Both the position numbers and the translations under genes were made by a program. From the NCBI RefSeq assembly GCF_009914755.1, contig NC_060929.1: DNA of 64,000 bases. The stretch is one strand, 5' to 3'. Position 1 is the stretch's first letter, and each line of letters starts with the position of its first letter. Under the pieces are notes generated by a model. That model ran no database searches and was not told where the DNA came from. It saw only the letters and a list, made by a program, of their open reading frames with translations. Source of the DNA: the human T2T-CHM13v2.0 reference genome, Homo sapiens. Of the stretch, positions 34,501 through 49,088 are shown in pieces.

Positions 34501-37500
34501 GAAACAATTATACACATTCATGTTTGAATTGATTTACTTGGTTTTATTCCCATCCTCTTAGCTTAAATTTACTAGTTTTGTGTGTGTTTCCTCTTTTTCC
34601 CTCTCTTTCATATGTTTGCTGCTTTGGTCAACTTGCTCCAGCTTCCCTTTTATCGCTATTACTTGGAAGTTTCTGTGCATTTCCCATTCATGTGGATATC
34701 TTCCGTTTCCCCAAGATTATAATTCTCTGACTTTGACGATCGATGAGAGCAAGACACCACCTATTTCTTCCACATGAGGCACAGTAAAACAGGCCCCTCT
34801 GTCTCACGAGGCAAGAGGCAGAAAGGATTCTCTTTCTTTTGCTCCTCACCTTGTATTTCTTGTCCTAATTACTGTAATTGCTCCGCCCTCCATCACCAAA
34901 CCAGCAATCTTAGCCTCATCCTCCACCCCTTCAGGTGTTCACTGAGTTGTGTACCTTCCACCCCAGTGCCGTGGACCAAGCCCGTGCTGCTTCTCCACTC
35001 GCGGGCCACACACTCCCCAGATCCCGTGCTGCTCCGAATATATCAACACGCACCCCAGCTGTCCCCTTCCACTCCATCTCCGTGTTATCCCTGTGTTAGC
35101 TTTTGGATGCAAATGTCTTACCATGTCACTTCCTGACTTTAACCCCCAACAGGTCTCCGATTACTTGACAGTAAAGTCAAGTGAAAATGAAGGTCACAGA
35201 ATCCCTCACTGTGTATCTCCCATCTGCTGTGCCAGGCACCTCCTTTCCCCTGACCCAGGTTCCTGCTCCTCTCAGCCTAACCAGACTCACTCCTGGGGCC
35301 TCCGCTCTTGGTAGGTAATGGGTTCTCAATTTGGAAGCCCTTCCGCCTCCTGTCTGCCCAACTCGTCTTTACCCCTTAACATCTGAAATCACCACTGCCT
35401 CTGAGCTCTCCTTGGGTGCCCCTGCTAGAGCCATTGCTCCTGGGTCCTCTTAGTATCTCTAGCACAGCATTCATCAACTCGAATTGGAGCAATGGGAACG
35501 CGTCATGCAGACAGTGTATCATGTTTACCTTGGGTTCCTTGGTGTCTAGCATGGTGCCTCTGCAGACAATTGGGACTCAATACACAAGCGCGTGTGCACG
35601 GGGAAAGCGAAAAGGCAAGGTGACAGGACCACTGACATTTCACGGTCCACATAAGAAACAGAACTTGTGAAGGTGTGAGGGGGGTGGTTTCTCCATGAAT
35701 GCAGAACCGGTCCTGCACTCCCCATCCAGGCTGAGCCCCAGGAATGTCCTCCACTTGCCCTTCACTCACTTCATTCACATGCCACACAGTAGGGCTGGAG
35801 TGATGCCTTTCTGTGCCCACAATATCTGTCTTCCTTTCAAAATAATCACATGAGGACGAGATTAAAACTGCCCTTATGATGCCTGCCAGGCAGATAAGTC
35901 GAATTCCCGTGCTGAAGAGGCAGCTGACAAGGATCCTGGCCTTTCAGATTCTGCCAATCAGTTAACCCCGCCGCCAGGGGAAGAAGGAGAACTCTTTGGA
36001 AAAACCCCTCCCCAGATAAAGGCAGCCTGCTACCTGACGGTCTTGAAACAGAACCCGCCAACAGCCACTCCTGATCCTGCCTCCCTCCCATCTAGGCTTT
36101 GCCGAGCCTTCTGCGTATGCTGGGATCACTCTCACACCCAAATGAAAGAAAACAACAGCTTACATTTCAATAAATTAAATGGGATTAAAACAAAAAACAC
36201 AGAATGATGTAGTGATTTCTAATTTGAGGGCACAAAGGCAGAAGGAGAGGGGGCAGGTTCTTAATGGAGCTCCCGATGGCCATGAAATGTAGGGAAAAGC
36301 CATTTCCATAAATTATGGAAATACACGCTGGCCTCAAGTGCATCCCATTTTCATATTGTTTTGCTGCCTTAATGACACAGGCTATTTTTGTAACATCTGT
36401 TTTTAGGGACCCTCCCTTTCTCCTGCACTTCATTAGAAATTCAGCAGCTCTCTTCTCTAATGAGTGCTCACTGGCACTGGGAAATGGATGGTGTGCCTTT
36501 TTGTTGCTGCGTGGGCGGTAATGCTTGAGTGGAAATGCTTCAGGAACAGAGCATGATCTGGGACTAGTACCTGGATGGTATGGTAGCCAATGCGGTGTGC
36601 CACACAGAGGAGCATGCTTTCCAGGAGAGGCCAGAGGCATGGGGAAGATGTCTGGTGACCGTGTTTTGATCATAAACAAGCAGATGCTACGTGTACCCTT
36701 CTCAAACGGCAGTGTGAATCCAAAGGGTCTAATATAGACTGTGTTTGATGAAACTTTAAAAAAGTCTGACTTTATTTATTTATACAGCAAGTTACTATAT
36801 TTCTTGAAGTTGAAAGCACACCTAGAAATTAAGCCCCACCATCAAATACTGAAAAGTAGAGATGAACACAGGGGCTGTTTGAGAGTTTGTCGCAATGCAT
36901 GACAAGCTTCTCAGGTTCAGGCTGCCAAGAGGCTCTATCTGCAGTAAGTCCCCATTTGTTAAAGGGACAGGCGTGGAGCTCCACACCGGTCCTGGGATTA
37001 AAGGGAAGCAAGAAAAGGAGGAAAGGGAGAAACAAGGAAAGTGGGACAATAGGAAGCAGGAGGAGCCTGGGGAGCAGGTGGAAGGCATCACACGCTCCAT
37101 CTTGACTTACAACGGAGCTGTGTCCCAGGGGCCCCCTCCAAGCATCCACCGGCCCCACAAGTCCTGAGCATCCACCGCAGCACTGATCCCCAGTCTGGCA
37201 GGACCCTGAACACAACAGCAGGAAATGGTCTCTTCAGTTGAGGCAAGTCCAGGTGAGAGCATGTTACCTGTGCTCTACATGCCATAGTTTCATTCTGAGA
37301 TTTTGAGTTCTGTATCTTAGCATGAACCGTGTAGGTCTTCCTATTATTAAGATATGGTGATATGTTTTCCAGCATGTAACATCTAAATCTAAAATTCAAA
37401 GGATAAAACTTTGAGAATTACAAGATAGATGCTTTCTGAAGACACAAGACCATTGTGATACAGACTAGCCAGGTTGCTGGCTGTCAACCACTTAAACTAG

Positions 37501-39383
37501 AATTAAAAGAAACTCCTCTTGTTTCATTTCCTAACTTCTGTTCCTCAGTATCCTCTTCCTATCTTCTTCCAACTCCAACCTCATCCCTGCCCCCGCACAC
37601 ATGTGCACACACGTTCTCTCTCTCTGTCTCTCTCTCTCTTTCCCCCTCCTTCCTTGTCCCAACTTGTCCAACATGTCCTGGTGCCTCCACTTTTCAGTTA
37701 GTTTGAGTGATCATAGATGGTACTAGTTTCTGTTTGCTGCAGTAAGAAGAGAGAGAACAGAGGTTTAACTTTCACAGCATTGATTCCAGGCTGGCATTTG
37801 TCCTTCTGCCCTGGCCTCCAAATCTCGGTTTCTGCCTGGAGGCAGCCCATGCCAGCCCATGCCATGGACCCGGGCAGCTCTGCATTGCAGAAGCCGTTGA
37901 CAGCCTGAGGTGGGATTGATCTGATGATATGTTCATGCAGCTGCCACCTCATTTGGTTTGCCATTCGATCCAGACCTTTAAAAGTACAATTTGACAGAAT
38001 TTTTTAAATTCAGAATTCCAGGCTGGGAAGTGGAAAATCTTTCTCATTTGGAAACAACTGTGAAACACATTGGTTCAAAGAGGAATTCCCTGTAACTGAT
38101 ATACAAATGATTCTCACATAAAAATAAACAAAATACAGGGAAACAAATGCAAGGTAGGTGTCGGGCACTCACGGAGAGAATGCCTGTGATGAAGCTGTTC
38201 CCCCTCCTGCCATGCTCCTGAGCCTCCTCATCTTTGAGTCACCTCCTGCACCCCTGAAAAGAAGAGAATGGTAGCTTTTCTACCCTTTCACGAGCTTCTT
38301 TATTCCTTGATTTCTTTTAGGCATTTTGAGAGGAAGTCTTTCTGGGACTATAGGAAAATGGGGAGAACAGAATGTGGGTCACCAGGCTCCTTTGTCATGG
38401 TGAGAGGGTGTGCTTGGTAAGGCTCCAGACTGTATTCTGAAGCCACATGTTGAAGCTGTTTATCTTCTGCCAAGGAATATTTTTCCCAGCATCAAGTGAA
38501 AGTTTGGAAAAGCAGAGACCTAGCATATCACTTCGATTTCTCTTAGCATCTCCTAACCATTTGTCCTTGGGTGCCTCCAGCCAGCTCTTCAATGACTGAG
38601 ACTATGCGCTGTGGTCCTCATCAAGCTCCCACAGGGGCAATCTGATGATGATCCTTCCCGTGTATCTTCTGTCCCTACTACTTCCACCAAGCACAGCCCC
38701 TGCTCCACTCCCTGCTCTAGGGTTTCCCGGAGACACGGAGACCCTTGCCAAACACAACCTGAAGTTCCCAAGGAGGGGTGGGGGAAACTTTTGAACCATG
38801 TGTGATAGATGGCTAAATTCTCCTTTTTTCTCCGGATGTGAGGTCCTGAGATGTGTCCTGATATACATGGAGTGGTCAGTAGCCCTTGACATCAGGTGGC
38901 AGCCTTCACAAAAGGCACCTTGGACTGGCCCCCTTTCCTTCCATGCCCACCTCACACCCCTGGGCCCTCCTTCCAGCCTCCTTAGTAGCCTAGCTGCCTG
39001 CACCTAGTAATACAGCCTTGCCTGTGCTTCGTGGGAAATCCAGACAAAGACACAAATTGGTACAGTCAAAGTCGACAGTGGTATCACTATCATCTGCGTA
39101 TTTGACTTTGAAACATATCCTGAGGGATTTGTCACAATATTATTTAACACAGAATTCATGTTACTAAAAAGTCTTGTACTTTATATTTTACCAAGTTTAC
39201 AAGAGCTGATAGAATAAAGTTCTCATTTTTATTTAATTCACTAGGCAAAGAGTGTCTGATGTCTCGGGCCCTGAAGAGTCCAGATAGGAAACAGTCAATG
39301 CAGAGGAGGACACAGCTATTTCTTTCCCTGATTTAGTTGAATGTGGCTCGGGATTTTGTGCCAACTTTAAAGAGGTATGCCTC

Positions 39384-39744
39384 TGATATGGTTTGGCTGT
39401 GTCCCCACCCAAATCTCATCTTGAATCGTAGCTCCCATAATTCTCACGTGTTGTGGGAGGGACCCAGTGGGAGACAATTGAATCAGCGGGTTGGTTTCTC
39501 ACATACTGCTCTCATGGTAGTGAATAGTCTCATGACATCTGATGATTTTATAAGGGGAAACCCCTTTTACTTGGCTCTCATTCTGTCTTGTCTGCCACCA
39601 TGTCAGGCATGACTTTCACCTTCTGCCATGATTGTGAGGCCTCCCCAGCCATGTGGAACTGTGAGTCCATTAAACATCTTTTCCTTTCTAAATTACCCAG
39701 TCTCAGGTATGTCTTTATCAGCAGCATGGAAAAGGACCAATATA
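39384..39744 (+). mobile_element. THE1C-like solo LTR
   Basis: Canonical THE1 start; TSD GCCTC at 39379-39383 and 39745-39749. Confidence 0.95.
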
Positions 39745-40109
39745 GCCTCCCTCTGGATTCTTGCTGAGCTTAAACTCAATTAGATCTTGTGCTCTTTCTT
39801 CTTGTTTATGCTATTGTCAAGACAGCTCTTTCCAAACTATGCTTACATAGTTTCATTTTATTTGTTTGTTTTTACCTCTTAAATTGCATTAACTGGTTAT
39901 TCTAGAATGTCTATTGTTATACAAATAAGCCCTTCTTTTGCGGCCAGGTGTCTGAAAAAATAATAAGAAAGAACTGAAATATTTTTTCTTTACTTCATGG
40001 CTTAACCTGTAGTGTTTATCATGGGCTTGGTATTCCTCAGATGTGTAAGAAAAGAAAAGAATTTTTTATTAAACTATTTTTGAATTCTTCATTATGCTAA
40101 TAATCACTG

Positions 40110-42782
40110 TCAAAATTGTTAGATAACCTACATTAAATGAAGCAATTCTTTGAAAGACACAATATTTCAAAACCATCACAAAAAGAAATAGACAATCTGA
40201 ACAGGCCTATATTTATTAAAGAAATTGAATCAATAATTTTTCACCTTCCAAAACAAAAGCATCAGGCACTGATAGGTTCACAGGTGAATTCTACCAAAGG
40301 CTTAAGGAAGAAATTATATCAATTCTCTTAGAGAATTAGAAATAGAAAAAATAGATACAAAGTGAAAGGTTCCTAGCTCATTCTATGGAGCCAGAATTAC
40401 CCTAATAACAAAACCAGACAAAGACATTTCAAAAAAAGAAAACTATAAACCAATACCTCTCATGAATATGGATGCAAAAGTCCTCACCAAAATATTAACA
40501 AAATGAATCCAATGATGTATAAACAGAATTATACACTATGACCAAGTGGGATTTATCTCAGAAATGCAAGGCTAGTTCAACATTTGAAAATCAATTAATG
40601 TAATTCATCACATAACTGAAAAAAAGAAAAATTATATGTTCATATCAATAGACACAGAAAAAGCATTGACAAAACCCAACATCTACTCATGATGTTATAA
40701 AAATCCAGTGAACTTAAGAATAGAGGGAAACTTCCTCAACTTCATAAAGAATGGCTACAAAAATCTGCAACTAACATCATACCTCATAGTGAGAAACTAT
40801 TAATAGAAGCTTTCCCACTGAGATCAGGAACAAGGAAAGGATGTCCTCTCTCATCACTCCTTTGCAACATTACTATGGAAGTCCTAGATAATGTAATAAA
40901 AAATATGAAAGTATGCAGATTCTTAAGGGTGAGGGGAAACCATTGTTGTTCACAGATGACATAATTGTCTTTGTAGAAAATCCCAAAACAAATAAACAAA
41001 AAAGGCCTTGGAACAAATAAGCCAATATAGCAGGGTTGCAGGATATAGGGTTAATATACAAAAGTAAATTACTTCCCTATGTGCTAGCAAATAACACATG
41101 GAAATCAAAAACAATATTGTTTATATTAGCACCAAAAAAAAAAAAAACACTTAGGGATAAATCTAGCAAAATCTACATGAAGAAAACAAAACTTGAATAA
41201 AATAAATCAAAGAACTAAATGGAGAGATATTCCAAATTGATGAATAGCAAGACTCAATATTATCAAGATGTCAGATTGAAGATTCAATGTATTCTTCTAT
41301 AGATCCAATGCATTCTTAATCAAAACCCCAACAAATTATTTTGCAAATACAGACAAGCTGATTCTAAAGTTTATATGGAGAGGCAAAATATCAAGAATAG
41401 CCAACAAAATATCGAAGAAAAAGAACAAAATCAGAGGACTGACACTACCTGACTTCATGACTTATCAGTAATCAAGAAAGTATAATATTAGTCAATAAAT
41501 AAATAAAGAGATCAAGAAAAAAAAGCCCAGAAAGACACTTATAAATACAGTAAACTATACAGATATCATAAACTAATATAAGTAAACACTTATAAATATA
41601 CTAAATACTTATAAATATAATAAAGTAGTATTTGACAAAGATGCAAAGGCAATACAATGGCACAAAGATAGTTTTTTCAACATATAATATTAGAACAACT
41701 TGACATCCACATGCAAAACAAAAAAGGAATCTAGGCACAGATCTTATCCCTTTCACAAAAATTAACTCCAAGTCAATTACAGACCTAAGTATAACATGTA
41801 AATATATAAAACTCCTAGAAGATAACACAGGAGAAAATCTAAATGGCTTTGGGTATGGCAATGGCTTTTTCAATGCAACACCAAAAGCACAATTTGTGAA
41901 AGAAATAATTACTAAGCTGGACTTCATTAATATTGAAAACTTCTACTCTATGAAAGACAATGTAAAGAAAATGAGAAGACAAGCCACAGACTGGAGAAAA
42001 TATTTGCAAAAGTTATATTGGAAAAAGAACTCCTATCCACAATGCAAAGAACTCTTAAAATTCAACAGTAATAAAACAGCCCAATTAAAAAACAGTCCAA
42101 CGTCCTTAACAGATACCTCATCAAAGAAGTTATAACTATATAGATAACAAATAAGTACATGAAAAGATGCTTCATTTCAAATGTCACTGGGAAAATGAAA
42201 ATTAAAACCACAATGAGATACCACTGTACCTATTAGAGCGTCCAAAATCTGGAACATTGACAACACTAAATGCTGGCGAGGATGTGGAGCAACAGGAACT
42301 CTCATTCATTGCTGGTGGGAATGCAAAATGGTACAGGCACTGTGGAAGACAGTTTGGCAATTTCTTACAAAACTAAACAAATTCTTACCATACACTCCAG
42401 CAGTTGTGCTCCCTGGTAGCTACCCAAAAGAGTTTAAACTGTGTATCCACACAAAATCCTACAGAAGGATGTTTATAGCAGTTTTATACATAATGTCCCA
42501 AACTTGGAAGCAAACAAAATGTCCTTCAGTAGGTGAATGGATAAATAAACTGTGATACATTTTGGACAATAGAGTATTATTCAGCACTCAAAATAAATGA
42601 GCTATCAAACCATGAAAATCACAGAGAAGCCTTAAATGCATATTAGTAAGCAAAAGAAGCCATTCTGAAAAGGCTGCATATGGTATGGTCCAACTACATG
42701 ATATACTGAAAAAGGCAAAACTTTGGAGACAGTAAAAAGATCACTGGTTGTCAAGGGTTAGAAGAAGGGAAGGATGAATAGT
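40110..42782 (+). mobile_element. L1MC-type LINE, ORF2 3' half and part of the 3' UTR, 3'-truncated
   Basis: ORF-track peptides are L1 ORF2-like (KEIDNLNRPIFIKEIESII; WKTVWQFLTKLN; TWKQTKCPSVGEWINKL); many stops and frameshifts; ends at GGATGAATAG with no poly(A). Confidence 0.92.
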
Positions 42783-42789
42783 TGAAGTA

Positions 42790-42973
42790 CACTCAGGTTC
42801 CAATCAAATCACACTTAGTATTCCATGCTTACTTAATACAGTGTGGTCTGATGCCCTGTCTCATAGCAGATGGGAAGCACAGAAGCAGGGGAAATACAGC
42901 AGACTTTCACAGGAGGAACAGTGACAGGCAGGGAGGTGGTCACCAACAACCTCACACTGGGAGAAGCAGCCAG
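42790..42973 (+). repeat. Left arm of ~185-bp inverted duplication
   Basis: Aligns to the reverse complement of 45463-45648 with 28 substitutions and one 2-bp indel (manual count). Confidence 0.95.
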
Positions 42974-44307
42974 GAGCCCAGGGGCACACATGGCTCTGTG
43001 TGAACACATCTATCATAATGAACGTGCACATCAGGGAAAGGTTAAAGCCAGTTCTGCAGCTGCTGCCTAAGAAGGCAGGAAAACACTTAATGCATTTTTG
43101 GAGAGACATATCCACAAAAGATGAAAAGAAATATTAGTGCAGGAGGGGGTGCACATCAGAGAATGGAAGATTAATTCTTACGAAAATGCCATTTCCTGAT
43201 AATACTGCATGAATCTGGTATTTTATAGAATACATCTGCTGTTTTGCTTGCAGAATTGGATAAGGTTTACTTGAACAATGGGAGAATATGCTAATTGTCT
43301 TATTGTGTGTCTTCATTGCTGGACTCAGGTTGGCGAGGTGGTTTTTAAGACGTTTCTGACCTCAGTCATTGGTAAGGGACTTTATTCTACTGTCATCCTG
43401 TCATCTTTATGCAGAAGATTGCTAAAGAGATTTTTGCTTAGATAGATTGATTAGAACAGCTGAGCTGAAGCAACTTGATTAGAATATAGATGGTCACATG
43501 CCGTTTTTCATAGCAGCCTTGCAGTGTGCCTCTTTCTATGCATGGTTTCCCCTGCTTTGAAATTCTTCATGCTTTCCTGGGACATTGTGATGGGACACTT
43601 GATCAGCTGATCCTGGGGCTGGGTTCATGGAGGTCGTGCTTTTAGATCACCCTGCATAAGGCCACCCTGCATAAGGCTACCTGACTGGGAGTCCCTTGGG
43701 TAATCAACATGCAGAAGAATGGTAGAGAAAGCCTACATGCACTCCAGGTATGCCCACATTAGGTATAAACGTCTCATGTGTAAATGTACCAGCTGGGTTA
43801 GGCCAAACAAGCCTTCATTAAAATATATCTGCTCTGTATTATTCCAACACATAAGCCAGGCTTGCTCAGATTGCATTTTTTCAAATTCTGGGAAAAAAAA
43901 AGTGCATCAAGATACTGTGAAGGGTCTTCAGAAAGTTCATTAAAAATACAAATTATTTTAAAAATCTAGGCATAGATTTAAAAAATTTTTTGCACCAAAA
44001 TAAACTTGTACGAACTTGTTATAATATGTCTAAACAGAATCTAGTTTGAGGTACTAAGAAGGATAAGACATCAGTTTGATAAGCGCCCCTGTCAGAGCAA
44101 CATGAATTCAGCTACAACTGAATTAAGAACAAGCACCAAATTTATGAAGAAGCTTGGAAAAACAGTGAAATCATTTATGCTCTACAAAAAAATGTATGAG
44201 ACCATAGTGCCCTAAAGAAATTAGCACTTTACAAATGGATAGCTTATTTTAGGAAGGAAGCGGGTGATGTTGAAGATGAAACCCACAGCAGCAGACCACC
44301 CACATCA

Positions 44308-44349
44308 TTTTTTTTTCACTTGTTTTGGTTTTACTAGAGGCTCAGGTGG
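44308..44349 (-). pseudogene. Candidate 42-bp 5'-truncated retrocopy of a polyadenylated RNA 3' end
   Basis: T9 plus 33 nt, flanked by direct repeat CCACATCA at 44300-44307 and 44350-44357. Confidence 0.6.
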
Positions 44350-44977
44350 CCACATCAGTTTCTGAGGAAAAAAAAAAAACATTGTTCATAATCTAATTGA
44401 AGTGGACTGACAAGTAACAGCAGAAACAACAGCCAACACTATAGACATCTCAACTGCTTCAGCTTACACAATTCTGACTGAAAACTAAAAGTTTAGCAAA
44501 GTTTCCGCACAATGGTTGCCAAAACCATTGTGTCCAGATCAAGCTGCAGACAAAGCAGAGCTTTCAATGGAAATTTTAACCAACTGGGACCAAGATTCTG
44601 AAGTATTTGTTTGAAGAATTGTAACAGGAAATGAAACATTGCTTTACCAGTATGATCCTGAAAACAAGGCACAATCCAGCAATGGCTACCAGGAAGTGGA
44701 AGTGGCCCAGTCAAAGCAAAGGAAGATTTGTTGAGAGCAACGGTCAAGGTAACGGTTTTTTCGGATGCTCAATGCATTTTACTTATTGACTTTCTGAAGG
44801 GTCAAAGAATACATCTCCTTATCAGGACAGTGTTTTGAGAAAGATAGCCAAAGCTTTAGCAGAGAATCACCGGAGAAAGCTTCACCAGAGCATCCTTCCC
44901 CACTACAACAATGCTTCTGCTTATTCTTCTCATCAAACAATGGCAATTTTTAAAAAGTTTTGATGGGAAATCATTAG

Positions 44978-45307
<330 letters not shown>

Positions 45308-45462
45308 CTGATTTGGCTTATTTTGACTTCTTCTTTTCCATTATTAAAAAAAAAAAAATCTCTAAAGGGCAATAATTTTTCTTCAGTTAATAATGTAAGA
45401 AAGACTGCATTGACATGGTTAAATCCCCAAGATTCTCAGTTCTTTAGGGATGGACTGCATGT

Positions 45463-45648
45463 CTGGCCTCTTCTTCCAATGTGGGATTGTCAGTGACCAC
45501 CTCCCTGCCTGTCATTGAGCCTCCCGCAATAGCCTGCTGGATTTCCCCTGCTTCTGCGCTTCTTCTCTGCTGTGAGACAGGGCACCAGACCATGCTGCAT
45601 ATTAAGTAAGCATGGCATACTAAGTGTGATTTGATTGAAATCTGAGTG
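45463..45648 (-). repeat. Right arm of ~185-bp inverted duplication
   Basis: See left arm; ORFs 42782(+) and 45490(-) share SRGN.A and DRQGGGH. Confidence 0.95.
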
Positions 45649-46005
45649 AAGGCTCAGGCTTTTAGGGAGCTGTTTTAGGGATATTAAAGATCTCTTTGGT
45701 TTTTCTTTGAGAGTAGGCATGTCCCATAGGAATGAGGATGGGAGGACCTCCAATTAACAGGGTTATGACCATCCACCAAAGCTACACATCTGAGAAGTTG
45801 AAGAAATACTGGTGCCTGATTCCACCTTGGAAGATCAAAATTTAATTGGGTTAAACGGAAACCTGAAGGTCATGACTTTTTAAAGCCTATGAGGTAAAAA
45901 TATGCACTTGGCTCTGAGCACCTTGGTGCTAGAACAGGACTTCTGCGGAAAATAGGATCTTAATGACAGGAATAAGTCTGGTCTAGGTGGTGGTTGTACC
46001 TCATG

Positions 46006-46456
46006 GGTGTAATGGATTGAATCATGTCTCTCCAAAAAGTTTTCATGTTGAAGTCCTCACCCCCAGAACATCAGAATGTGACCTTATTTAGAAACAGAGG
46101 GTTTTTGTAGATATAATTAGTTAAGATGAGATCATACTGGAGTAAAGTTGGCCTCTAATCCAATATAAATATGTCCTTATAAATTGGACACAAAGACATA
46201 CACTCAGGGAAATCGCAAATGAAGAGGAAGGCAGAGAACTACAAGCCAAGAAAAGCCAAAGATTTCTAGCAAGCCACCAGAGGCTGGGAGAGAGGCATGG
46301 AACAGATTTCTTCATCATAGCTCTCACAAGAAACTAAATTTGCTGACTCCTTGATCTCAGACTTTGGGCTTCCAGAACCGTGAAGCAATAAAATTCTGTT
46401 GTTTAGGCAACCCAGTTTGTGGCATTTTGTTATGGCAGCCCAAGCGAACTAAAACA
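46006..46456 (+). mobile_element. MLT1C-like MaLR solo LTR
   Basis: CAGAATGTGACCTTATTTAGAAA...TTAAGATGAGATCATACTGGAGTA...GAGAGGCATGGAACAGATT...TTGTTATGGCAGCCC. Confidence 0.9.
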
Positions 46457-47797
46457 ATAAGCATGGCTATAAATTCTCAGAATTTGCATCCCGAATGTGC
46501 ATGAGACACACTCCTTTATTGAGCATCTGCTGTAGATCAAATCCAATAAAGGTGTTGAGAGAACACGCTACTGATTCAAAAGGAAAAGAGGGAGCTTTGT
46601 TTCTAAATTCACCTGGTAATTTTTGTCTCACATAATCAAGTCAGATTGCTTTACAGATAGGCAAAGCACAATGGGAGTAAGGACTCCAAACACAAAATCT
46701 ATAGTGACACTCCTTCCTCTGATTTGCATGTGCAAATAGCATGGGGAGCTGTGTGTTTAACTAATTCATAGTCATAAATGTAAAATGTACTGAAATTTGC
46801 ATTGCAAAATATTCTTGCTCCAGATGCTGAGTTTATGAGAATTTCTGTTGCTTTTTAAATTACAATCTTACAAAGATTCTAGGAGATCAGATATTACTGA
46901 GTCTATTCCATTTTAGGATCAATGCAAAGCTGTATTTTAGACTAGTTGTATATGTAAGATAATTTTGCAGTTTCCAATATAACCACTGGCCTTTAGTAAA
47001 ATGTATCTTCCACATAAATCTTTACTTGTTAACGTTTTATGAAAGTTAGTGTAGAGATACAATTTTCAAGTGTGTTTGAATAAAACAGGAGCCACTTTAG
47101 ATAAATTAAAACAAAGTCTTTTTCTCAAGGAAAAAATAGAAAAGCTGACATTTCATACAACAGCAACACTTTTGCTGTTTTTCTCTAGACATTTTACCCG
47201 TTACTGATGTATAATAAACAAGAGATATCGTTGAAGTCCAAATAACTTTTTTTTATAATATTTGCTGCTCAAACTTTTTCAAGCATATCATTTGAATGGA
47301 AGAAGGTACTAGAATTGTTAAGAAAAGACAAAATTGGGAAGCTTGTGAGATGCAGACTCATGGGCTGGAATGTATCCCAAGAGCTCCTGGGATTTAGAAG
47401 ATGTTAGGACATTGGGCCCCAGGGTAAGGGAACCCTCCATGACCCAACTCTCCTATGTCTGAAGTACATGAGCCTCCCTGAGTGGCTCATTGGATGAGCC
47501 AGGGGTTTTGTCCAGTATGCAAGTGAATCAGTCAGGATCATAAAGTGACTACACACAATTTCACACAGTCCATGATGAAATAAAGTAAGTTACAGACACT
47601 GTGATAACCAGGATCTGGGTACCCTTTGACTTTTATCTAAGTGTTTTGAGTTAAGATAACTGACTGATAATACTACATTTCTTTAGAAGCTTCTTTGTTA
47701 TTAAACGTTTTCACTGTCTTAGCCAGGAATGGAGTATCCTAATGTATGAGTTAGACCATACAGGGACCAAACCAGCAGGAGCATTCTAGAGCTCTGA

Positions 47798-48225
<428 letters not shown>

Positions 48226-49088
48226 TGAATCACTTTCTGGAGACAAAATCAGTTCACTGTATTGAACCTAATTTTAATGTTGGTTCTCTTTTCTCGGACA
48301 AGTTATAAGGGTTCCTGCCCTAGTTCCAGCCTTGGTGTCCCTGCATTCATGTAATATTCCAGAGTCTGTAAAGGATAATCTCTCCATTCCATTTCAGGTT
48401 GGTATCATTGGCAGTCTATTGATGAAGTGCCCACTAGGCACAAAGGACTATAGTCAACATTGGGAAAACAGGAAGCTGAACATATGATCATTGCTCTCAA
48501 TAAGGGGTTGAGACATCCCACACAAAAGCACAATTTGAGGGAGTGAGTGATAAATCTCTATGAAGGGGATATGCAGAAGTGAAGTTGAAGGTCAAAGAAT
48601 GGTGATGAGAACAGTCACACCGTCTCCCTGGCATCAGTTTCCTTTCCTCTTACATGAAAGTCTCCGGCATACATTGAGGAGCTCCACAGCCCTGGGAAAC
48701 GATTCCAGTTCCAGGGTCCAGGGGTGGAGCCCACACCCAGATCAAGCCCTGCCGCCTGTGCCCATGGACACAGGAGTTGGTTGAGGCGTAGGTCTGTTGG
48801 TGGGGTAAGGGGGGGTCATCTGCTTAAGTCTTTCCAGGTAGAAGAAACCTCAGGACTTTGCTGAGAATGCTGGGACAATGGCATTTGTCCTCTGCTCATT
48901 GGGAATAAAGAACACATGGCTCTGAAGCTGTTGTCAGTTCTTTCGGGAATGTGGGAGAACCTGCCTAAGGGAATTGTTGGGAAACATAGAGACAGAAACT
49001 GCCTGCACTGCCATCAGTGGAGCCCTGGAAAGCATTATGCGGGGCTCTGTTCTTCCCCTGGACTGCCCACCTGCTCAGTTATTTAAGC

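Noticed and set aside
36185-36679. 164-aa ORF on the minus strand
   Set aside because: No recognisable domain, non-ATG start, no evident exon structure; consistent with chance
37698-37980. 88-aa minus-strand ORF preceded by an AG acceptor-like site
   Set aside because: No recognisable homology and no convincing donor site
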